A stretch of DNA of 54,984 bases from a virus. Its lineage: Duplodnaviria > Caudoviricetes. The notes beneath the pieces were generated by a model. The model was given only the letters and a program-made list of their open reading frames with translations, was not told where the DNA came from and did no database searches. The stretch is taken from the IMG/VR virus record IMGVR_UViG_3300030332_001741, positions 1-54,984 of that record. The stretch is one strand, 5' to 3'. Made by a program: the position numbers and the translations under genes. This document shows, one piece after another, positions 47,714-54,984 of the stretch; positions within the stretch are counted from its first letter, which is position 1, and each line of letters starts with the position of its first letter.

Positions 47714-50489
47714 TCTAAAAGTGAGAACAGAATATTCTTTCCGTCGTGCTTATGGACCATTGCAAAAAGTTATTGATGCATGTGATGCAGAAAGAATTGC
47801 TATAACTGATGATGGTACATGGGGACATGTACCATTGTCTAAATTATGCAAAAATCCAATATATGGAGTCGAAATAGCTTTTGTAGAAGATGCAACTGAA
47901 AGAAGTAAACAGCCAGTTAATTACATTACATTCTTAGCAAAGAATAATTCTGGCTTGAAAGAAATTTATAATCTAACTTCTATGGCAACAGCCAAAGACC
48001 ATTTCTATTATTTCCCTCGTTTAGATTACACCCATCTTTTTGATATTAGTGATAATGTTTTTATTCTGTCTGGTTCAAATCCAAATTGGGGATTGCTACC
48101 AAAAAATAAAAATGTGTTTGCAGAAATAAATCCAATGAGTGTGAAAAAAGTTTTAGACTATAAATTCCCTCTGGTGGCAACCAGTGATAATTATTATCCA
48201 AATATTGTTGATAGAAAAGTTTATGAAGTTCTTGTTGGCAGGAATAGACAGGGAAGCACCAAACCAATGCATATACTTAATGAGTGGGAATATAAAAGTG
48301 CTATTCCTTGGGCACCAAAGGAAGCTATTGATAATACAGAATTTATTGCCAAGCAGTGTAATGCTTCTTTGGAAGAAGCAACGATGGTGAAATTTAATAA
48401 GACCAAATCTCTTCTGCAATTATGCAAAGAAGGTGCAAAAAAATTAAATATTAATTTAGATAATAAAAAATACAAAGAGAGGCTACAATATGAATTAGGA
48501 TTAATTGATGAAAAGAAATTTGAAGATTATTTCTTTGTTATTGCAGATTTGGTTAATTATGCAAAACAACATATGCTCGTTGGTCCAGCCAGAGGAAGCA
48601 GTGCAGGATCTTTAGTTTGTTATCTGTTGGGAATAACAGATGTTGATCCATTAGTCCATAATTTATTATTTGAAAGGTTTATAGATGTTAACAGAGCTGA
48701 CTTACCAGATATTGATATTGATTTCCAAGATGATCGTAGAGAATTGGTATTTGCTTATTTAAAAGAGAAATATGGTGCAGATAAAGTTGCAAGACTTGGA
48801 ACAATAAGTCGTTATAAAGCAAAAAGCACAATTGGTGAAGTTGCCAAAGAACTTAATATTCCTCAATGGGAGGTTAATGATTTAAAAGGAGCAATAGTAG
48901 AAAGAAGTGGTGGTGATGCTCGTGCAGCATTTTGCATCTTAGATACTTTTAATGATTTGGATATTGGGAAAAAGATTTTAAAAAAATATCCTCAGATGAA
49001 ACTTGCAGCAGAAATGGAATTTCATGCAAGACATCATGGTGTGCATGCAGCAGCAGTTGTTATTACTGAAAAACCAATAAGAGATTATTGCTCTTTTAAT
49101 CAACAGACAGAAGCTCTTCAAGTTGATAAATATGATGCTGAAAGATTAAATCTTTTAAAAATAGATGCATTGGGTTTGAGAACTTTATCTGTATTGCAAG
49201 ATGTTCTTGACCAAGTTGAATGGAGTCGGCAGAAATTAGTTGAATTCCCATTAGATGATGAAGGAGCATTTAAGGTTTTGAATGATGAAAAATATTCTGG
49301 TATTTTCCAATTTGAAGGTTATGCATTACAATCTTTAACAAGACAGATGAAAGTCCATAACTTTGAAGAGATTGCTGCATTAACAGCACTTGGTCGTCCT
49401 GGACCATTAGTATCAGGAGGAACAACCCAATATATAAGAAGACACACAGGAGCATCTCCAATAGAATATTTGCATCCTATGGTTGAAGATATTACAAAAG
49501 TCACTTATGGCATTGTTGTGTACCAAGAACAAGTTATGGAAATTGGAAGACAAGTTGGTAAATTATCCTGGGAAGATATTTCTCAGTTGCGTAGAGCAAT
49601 GAGCAAATCATTAGGACAAGAATTCTTTGATACATATTGGGATCGATTCAAAATCGGAGCTAAAGAAAATGGGATTGAAGAAGATGTTGCAAAGAACATG
49701 TGGGATAAAATCAACACAATGGGGTCTTGGGCATTTAATAGGTCTCATGCTATTAGTTATGGTCTTCTTTCTTATTGGTGTTGTGTTCTTAAGTCTCGTT
49801 TCCCTCTGGAGTTTGCTGCTGCTTGTTTGCGCAATGTTAGAGATGAAGAGCAGGGAATAAGATTATTAAGAGAACTTGTTAAAGAAAATTATGAATATAA
49901 ACCTTTTGATAAATTTCATTCTACAGAGAATTGGATAGTCAAGGATGATAAACTTATTGGAGGGATAACTAATATAAAAGGTGTTGGTGGTAAAGTTGCT
50001 GAAGATATTATTAAAAGAAGAGAGCAAGGAATAGGATTTACACCAAGACAAGAAAAACTTTTAAATGAAGGTGTGACTCCTTATGATGATATTTTTGAAT
50101 GTGAAAGAAGATTTGGTCATATTAAAAAAGAGCCACACAAGCATGGCATTTCTTCTTCAATAACTGATATTGGTGAGTTGGATGCAGATCGTCCTGGAAC
50201 TTTTGTCTTTTTTGGAAAGTTAACTGAAAAGAATTTAAGAGACATGAATGAAACAGTCAATTTAGCTAAGAGAGGTGGTCGCAGAGTAGAGACTCATAAT
50301 CTATGGCTTAATCTTACTTTTGAAGATGACAGTGGTCCAATAATAAGTACAATTGATAGATTTAAATATCCTAAACTCGGCAAACCAATTATTGAAGAAG
50401 GAAGAATTGGTGATTGGTATCTTATCAAAGGATATGTTAAAAAAGGATTCCGAAAAGTGTATGTTGAAAGATGGCGAAAATTAACATAA
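47706..50489 (+). CDS. dnaE: Family C DNA polymerase (Pol III alpha-like)
   Basis: Degenerate PHP domain, GPARGSSAGSLVCY.LGIT.VDP, FERF, PDIDIDF, KIDALGL, GIFQFE, YQEQVM, FNRSHA..Y. Confidence 0.95.
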   Translation: MINLKVRTEYSFRRAYGPLQKVIDACDAERIAITDDGTWGHVPLSKLCKNPIYGVEIAFVEDATERSKQPVNYITFLAKNNSGLKEIYNLTSMATAKDHFYYFPRLDYTHLFDISDNVFILSGSNPNWGLLPKNKNVFAEINPMSVKKVLDYKFPLVATSDNYYPNIVDRKVYEVLVGRNRQGSTKPMHILNEWEYKSAIPWAPKEAIDNTEFIAKQCNASLEEATMVKFNKTKSLLQLCKEGAKKLNINLDNKKYKERLQYELGLIDEKKFEDYFFVIADLVNYAKQHMLVGPARGSSAGSLVCYLLGITDVDPLVHNLLFERFIDVNRADLPDIDIDFQDDRRELVFAYLKEKYGADKVARLGTISRYKAKSTIGEVAKELNIPQWEVNDLKGAIVERSGGDARAAFCILDTFNDLDIGKKILKKYPQMKLAAEMEFHARHHGVHAAAVVITEKPIRDYCSFNQQTEALQVDKYDAERLNLLKIDALGLRTLSVLQDVLDQVEWSRQKLVEFPLDDEGAFKVLNDEKYSGIFQFEGYALQSLTRQMKVHNFEEIAALTALGRPGPLVSGGTTQYIRRHTGASPIEYLHPMVEDITKVTYGIVVYQEQVMEIGRQVGKLSWEDISQLRRAMSKSLGQEFFDTYWDRFKIGAKENGIEEDVAKNMWDKINTMGSWAFNRSHAISYGLLSYWCCVLKSRFPLEFAAACLRNVRDEEQGIRLLRELVKENYEYKPFDKFHSTENWIVKDDKLIGGITNIKGVGGKVAEDIIKRREQGIGFTPRQEKLLNEGVTPYDDIFECERRFGHIKKEPHKHGISSSITDIGELDADRPGTFVFFGKLTEKNLRDMNETVNLAKRGGRRVETHNLWLNLTFEDDSGPIISTIDRFKYPKLGKPIIEEGRIGDWYLIKGYVKKGFRKVYVERWRKLT

Positions 50490-50522
50490 GTAAGTATTTG
50501 ATAAAAAAAGGTAAAAAAAGAC

Positions 50523-50551
50523 TTTACTTAACTGCTCAAATAAGATATAAT
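50523..50551 (+). promoter_or_regulatory. Promoter TTTACT-N17-TATAAT
   Basis: Exact sigma70-type spacing; followed by ACTTATAT...GAGAAAGGAAA SD. Confidence 0.75.
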
Positions 50552-50580
50552 ACTTATATTGATTGAGAAAGGAAAGTAAA

Positions 50581-51285
50581 ATGACAAAAAATAATAAAAG
50601 ACCAGATGGGTTGACTCTTCCTAGAGGAAGCCAGACTGGACCAAATTGTGGAGTGACAGCGATGGCTATTGCTTCTGGAATTTCTTTTGATGCTTCATGG
50701 GATCTTTTGAAAAAGGTTTGCAGTGGTGTAAGATTCTCTGATTGTGGTAGAGCTTGGAATTCAACTAAATTCACAGGTGGAACTTTTGATCGTGAAAGAG
50801 CAATAGCATATAAAAAGATTGGTCTTAAAACCACAGAGATAAAACTTGACAAAATCAAAAAAAGATTGAAAGTGAAAAATCTTACTATCACCCAATTCGT
50901 AAAATGGGGATCCAAAAAAGGTGCCACATATATTATAACTGCAGGCAACCATGTTCAAGTTTTGAAAGATGGATGGTTAATTGACCAATCTGGTCCAACA
51001 ACTGTCGATAAATTCTGGAACAGAAATTCTTATATCAAATTAGCTCGTGAAATTGTAAAAATGAGAAAAGCATCCAGCACATCCAAATATGCTGGCAAGA
51101 GATTATATAAGGTGCATGAAGGATATCACAATCACAGAAAGACTGGTACATTTGGATATCATTCTATGCAAATTATTATTGATTATCCTGGAATAAGTTA
51201 TGAAGATTATATTACCAAAGGTGGAAGACCAAATGACTTAGCTTGGGATATTGAAAGACATCATGTTGTTGCAAGGGGAAATTAA
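50581..51285 (+). CDS. Papain/C39-like Cys-His-Asp domain fused to the shared C-terminal domain
   Basis: Q..PNCGVTAMAIA, GNHVQVLKDG..ID; C-terminal NHRKTGT.G..S.QII.D.PG..Y......GGR..DLAWD. Confidence 0.55.
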   Translation: MTKNNKRPDGLTLPRGSQTGPNCGVTAMAIASGISFDASWDLLKKVCSGVRFSDCGRAWNSTKFTGGTFDRERAIAYKKIGLKTTEIKLDKIKKRLKVKNLTITQFVKWGSKKGATYIITAGNHVQVLKDGWLIDQSGPTTVDKFWNRNSYIKLAREIVKMRKASSTSKYAGKRLYKVHEGYHNHRKTGTFGYHSMQIIIDYPGISYEDYITKGGRPNDLAWDIERHHVVARGN

Positions 51286-51286
51286 A

Positions 51287-52042
51287 ATGAAAAATTTAAA
51301 CATAGAATTTACTTGGGATTTTCCAATAGACAAAGAAATGTTTATCTCTTTGAAGGCAATTGTAAACAAAGGTGGTTACTTCTCTCCCAAGCAGGCACTT
51401 TATTATAAAAAGAACATGAGTCAATTCCAGAAAGGAAATAAAGAGAAATCAAAATATTATATGTCTGGTTCAGAAAAAGAATTGCACAAAGATGAATATT
51501 ATAAACACTTATCAGGAACCATGAATGCAGCAGCATGGAGAAGTAATTCCAGACGCTTTGGTTGGACTTTTGTTCTTGATAAATATGGTATTGTTGCTAT
51601 GCACAAATTAGGTTTTGAATATGGCAAAGGAGACATGCGTGGTTGGTCAGGAATAGATCCACAGAAAGTGACTGAAGTTTTTAAAAGAAAACAATCTAAG
51701 AAAAAAATATCTGATATTGATAATGGTTATTGCGAAAGAGAACAATGGCTCGCCACTCTTGAGAAAAGAAAAGCTAAGAGAGAATATGTTGGTGAGATTG
51801 GACAAAAAGGTTATCAAGTAAAAGGTGTTATTAATTTTGTTACACAATTCTCAACCAGATATGGAGTAAGTTATATCACAGTCATCCGTGATGAAAATGA
51901 TAATGCTATAAAACAAATGGGATCTTATATTGGAGAAAAAGGTAAAAATGTTTTTTTAATAGCTAACATCAAAGCCCATGAAATTTATAGAGATGAAAAA
52001 CAAACCATAATAACAAGACCGAGAAAAATAGAATGCAAATAG
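51287..52042 (+). CDS. Hypothetical protein with C-terminal OB-fold-like domain
   Basis: EYVGEIG...YG..Y....D...N...K.H..YR..KQT.ITR pattern. Confidence 0.55.
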   Translation: MKNLNIEFTWDFPIDKEMFISLKAIVNKGGYFSPKQALYYKKNMSQFQKGNKEKSKYYMSGSEKELHKDEYYKHLSGTMNAAAWRSNSRRFGWTFVLDKYGIVAMHKLGFEYGKGDMRGWSGIDPQKVTEVFKRKQSKKKISDIDNGYCEREQWLATLEKRKAKREYVGEIGQKGYQVKGVINFVTQFSTRYGVSYITVIRDENDNAIKQMGSYIGEKGKNVFLIANIKAHEIYRDEKQTIITRPRKIECK

Positions 52043-53718
52043 TAGCAAAAGGAAAACAATGTATTGCTAGAGTTAAATTAGATTCTAGCAATACACAATT
52101 GTTAAGTGGACTTCCAGGATTCCACAGATGGATAAATAGAGACATGTTGTTCTCTCCAACAGGTGCAAATATTAATTACATAGCAAAATACTGGCCAGAT
52201 GCAAATTGGAATGATGAAGCTAAAATTTTTCTTGATGATTATATTGAAACTTTACAACAAGCAAAAATAAATAGAACTTTTGAAACTCCATCTAATGATG
52301 ATTTCATGTTTGAAACCAAACCTTTTAAACACCAACGAAAAGCATTCTATATGAGCCGAGACAAAGACAATTTTGCATTACTCATGGAGCAGGGAACAGG
52401 AAAAACTAAAATCATCATTGACAATGCTGCATATCTCTATGGGAAAGGAAAGATTAATTGTCTTGTTGTTATAGCACCTAATGGTGTCCACAGAAATTGG
52501 CTTGATAATGAATTGCCAGCTCATATGCCACAATGGTGCCCAACAAGTTCTATTTATTATTATTCTGGTATGAGTAAAAAACACATAAAGAAATTTAACA
52601 ATTTGATAATGGAGAAAGATGTTTTAAAGATTTTTTCTTTTAATGTTGAAGCATTCGTGTCTAAAGTTGCTATGAAATATTTAGAAAATATCTTACTATC
52701 GCATGAATGCTTATTAGTAGTTGATGAAAGTTCTAGGATCAAAACTCCTGGAGCTCACCGAACAAAAGTGATAACCAAACTTGGGAAGCTTGCACCATAC
52801 AGAAGAATATTAACAGGCACACCAGTGACAAAAGGTGCAGAGGATGTTTTTTCACAGTTTAAATTTTTAGATCCTTATATTCTTGGCTATGATAGTTTTT
52901 ACACTTTCCGAGCAAGATATTGTATTATGCGTGAATATGATAATCGCAAATGGATTGTTGGTTATCAAAATGTTGATGAATTAACAAACAGCATCAAAGG
53001 ACATTCTTTCAGAGTCCTAAAGAAAGATTGTCTGGACTTGCCAGAAAAAATTTATCAAAGATCCTATGTAGAATTATCAAAGGAGCAGAGACAAATTTAT
53101 AATTCAATTAAAAATGAATATGTAGCAAGTTTGGGTGATGATGAAATAACTGTTCCTGAAACTATTACCAGAATTTTAAGATTACAGCAAATTGCTTGTG
53201 GGTGGTTTCCGTTTGAAAATGAAGTGAAACCAATCAATAAAACAAATCATCGTTTAAAAGCACTTTTAAGCATTTTAGATGGAATAGACGCAAAAATCAT
53301 CATTTGGGCACGATTCCGAGCGGATATAATGGCCATAGGAGCAGCATTAGGAGACTCTGGTGTGGCTTACTATGGCGATATATCAGGTGATGACAGAGTA
53401 ATTGCTGTTGATCGTTTCCAGAGAGATCCTAAAATAAGATACTTTATAGGACAGCCACAAAGTGGAGGGATGGGATTAACTCTGACTGCAGCTCAATATA
53501 CTATATATTATTCAAACAGTTTTGACCTTGAAACAAGATTGCAGTCTGAAGATCGGTGTCATCGTATTGGCACTAAAACAAATATAACATACATAGACAT
53601 GGAAGCGACACAGACTGTAGATGGTCAAATAATAAAAGCACTGCGAAATAAGAAGTCAGTTGCTGATGTCGTTAATGAAGATCCGAAATCTATGTTTTTG
53701 GAGATGAGTAATGAGTGA
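52033..53718 (+). CDS. SNF2-family (SF2) helicase
   Basis: LLMEQGTGKT, VVDES, ILTGTP, GMGLTL..A, QSEDRCHRIG. Confidence 0.92.
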   Translation: MQIVAKGKQCIARVKLDSSNTQLLSGLPGFHRWINRDMLFSPTGANINYIAKYWPDANWNDEAKIFLDDYIETLQQAKINRTFETPSNDDFMFETKPFKHQRKAFYMSRDKDNFALLMEQGTGKTKIIIDNAAYLYGKGKINCLVVIAPNGVHRNWLDNELPAHMPQWCPTSSIYYYSGMSKKHIKKFNNLIMEKDVLKIFSFNVEAFVSKVAMKYLENILLSHECLLVVDESSRIKTPGAHRTKVITKLGKLAPYRRILTGTPVTKGAEDVFSQFKFLDPYILGYDSFYTFRARYCIMREYDNRKWIVGYQNVDELTNSIKGHSFRVLKKDCLDLPEKIYQRSYVELSKEQRQIYNSIKNEYVASLGDDEITVPETITRILRLQQIACGWFPFENEVKPINKTNHRLKALLSILDGIDAKIIIWARFRADIMAIGAALGDSGVAYYGDISGDDRVIAVDRFQRDPKIRYFIGQPQSGGMGLTLTAAQYTIYYSNSFDLETRLQSEDRCHRIGTKTNITYIDMEATQTVDGQIIKALRNKKSVADVVNEDPKSMFLEMSNE

Positions 53719-54118
53719 AAAAGCACTATGGTCTTTTATAAGAGAGAATTTAGGATTGAAGATGTTCCGAGTAGAAAATAGAGTAAGTGTTGGAATGCCA
53801 GATGTTCATTATATTCGTAATGGTGTCTGTGGCTGGTTTGAAATGAAATATACTGATGACTGGTCATTGAATAGACGAGTTTCTGTTGGTCTTAAAAAAC
53901 ACCAGCACTTGTGGTTGAAAGAATACACCAAACATGGTGGTTCCTGCTGGATAATTTTAAGAGTTGGTAGAAATTGGTTAATGTTGTTTAAAGGAGATGA
54001 AGATCTAGTTAAAATGATAAAACCTCAAGAATTAATTGATAAGGCTATTTGGCATCACAAAGGAGCAATGAAAAGAGAAAACTGGAAATTATTACAGGAG
54101 GTGATTGAAGATGGATAA
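53711..54118 (+). CDS. PD-(D/E)xK nuclease (VRR-NUC / Holliday junction resolvase-like)
   Basis: MSEK.LW, RVEN....GMPDV, WFEMK, Q..WL......GG. Confidence 0.8.
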   Translation: MSEKALWSFIRENLGLKMFRVENRVSVGMPDVHYIRNGVCGWFEMKYTDDWSLNRRVSVGLKKHQHLWLKEYTKHGGSCWIILRVGRNWLMLFKGDEDLVKMIKPQELIDKAIWHHKGAMKRENWKLLQEVIEDG

Positions 54119-54884
54119 TAATTATGAGGAATATTTAAAGACACAAAGAAAGTATCCCACCATTGTTGTAGACAATTTCTTTAAAAATCCAGATATAATT
54201 AGAAAGTTTGCTTTATCGTTGTCTTATGAGAGAAACAAAAAAGGGAGATGGCCAGACAGACGCTCTCCTCTTTTGCATGAGGTTAACGAGCCTTTTGTTA
54301 AATCAATGGCTAGAAAAATATTGAGTGTGTATTTTGACTTAAGATCAAATGAAGTTTTTTGGGATAGTATTCAAATGGGATTTCAAAGAACTAAAGAGTT
54401 CTCAAGTATAAAAGACAGTTTACAGAATAAAGGATGGATACACATAGATGGTAGGAGAACATTTGCTGGTCTTGTTTATTTAACACCCAATATCAGTATA
54501 GGTGCTGGAACAACTATTTATAGATTAAAAGAAGAATATAAAGATTTTAATGTAGAAGATAGACAAATAGAAAGAGAGCATCTGTATGGGGATGGTGTGT
54601 ATAATAAAGATACATACGACAAAGAGATTGATGAGCTACATAGAAAGTTTGAAGTCGTTACAGAGGTAAAGAACATCTACAACAGGTGTATTATGTATGA
54701 CGGACATGAGTATCATACAGCCAGCACTTACCATTCAGAAGGTCAAGAAAGATTAATTCTTATTTATTTCTTTAAAAATGTTAGATGCAATATTACACCT
54801 TTTGATAGAATAATGAACTTTGATAAAGAAATAGAAAAGACTATATTTACAGGGGAGACTGAAAATGTTAAAACTAAAAAATAA
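54111..54884 (+). CDS. 2OG-Fe(II) oxygenase
   Basis: IVVDNFF..PD.IR, GWIHID (HxD), GLVYL, GT..Y, NR...YD...YH, RL; GGAGG SD. Confidence 0.8.
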   Translation: MDNNYEEYLKTQRKYPTIVVDNFFKNPDIIRKFALSLSYERNKKGRWPDRRSPLLHEVNEPFVKSMARKILSVYFDLRSNEVFWDSIQMGFQRTKEFSSIKDSLQNKGWIHIDGRRTFAGLVYLTPNISIGAGTTIYRLKEEYKDFNVEDRQIEREHLYGDGVYNKDTYDKEIDELHRKFEVVTEVKNIYNRCIMYDGHEYHTASTYHSEGQERLILIYFFKNVRCNITPFDRIMNFDKEIEKTIFTGETENVKTKK

Positions 54885-54885
54885 T

Positions 54886-54984
54886 ATTGTTCTGATTAAG
54901 GAGAAAGAAACTCCAACTGGAACAATTAAAAGACTCGAAAGAGAAATAAAAGAAAAAGATGAAGTTATTCGAATGCGTGAGCAT
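54886..54984. repeat. Terminal overlap (right copy)
   Basis: Matches 1-99 except the final base; implies a unit genome of about 54,885 bp. Confidence 0.95.

Noticed and set aside
54111-54884. 2OG-Fe(II) oxygenase as a TET/JBP base oxidase belonging to the modification pathway
   Set aside because: It is outside the operon and looks like the common stand-alone marine phage oxygenases; no TET/JBP-specific evidence, though not excluded.
1-54984. tRNA genes, integrase/repressor, CRISPR array, introns/inteins, stop-codon recoding
   Set aside because: None recognised: intergenic space is minimal, core genes are uninterrupted and of expected length, and TAA, TGA and TAG all act as stops.

Overview
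The window looks like a complete, circularly closed genome (about 54.9 kb, AT-rich) of a lytic tailed phage, probably marine and podovirus-like. Bases 1-98 are repeated at 54886-54983. Two gene arms diverge from a control region at about 36440-36720. The minus arm (about 35.2 kb down to 0.7 kb) is morphogenesis: small and large terminase, portal, an array of three paralogous small proteins, basic mini-proteins, SNase nuclease, lysozyme, a GroES-like co-chaperonin, scaffold, a Mu gpT-like major capsid protein, adaptor/nozzle/fibre proteins, holin, a GNAT protein and ejection-type proteins. The plus arm (36.7-54.9 kb) is replication: SSB-like protein, primase, UvrD helicase, DnaQ-like exonuclease, a family C (DnaE-like) polymerase, SNF2 helicase, PD-(D/E)xK nuclease and a 2OG-Fe(II) oxygenase. 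The best candidate for an undescribed system is the operon directly upstream of dnaQ/dnaE. It encodes a Glf-like flavoenzyme, a variant ThyX (RTR instead of RHR), a HAD phosphatase, a SAM methyltransferase, an SDR reductase and an Nmad-like helical protein, which suggests synthesis and incorporation of a non-canonical nucleotide. Other notable items: a 14-aa peptide identical in two distant virion-module genes with only synonymous DNA differences; a pseudoknotted leader RNA (Mu-gpT-DE-like) separated from the capsid gene by a large inserted gene; a recurring TTTACT-N17-TATAAT promoter; and apparent absence of ACGT and CCGG. All family assignments are by motif recognition only; no searches were run.
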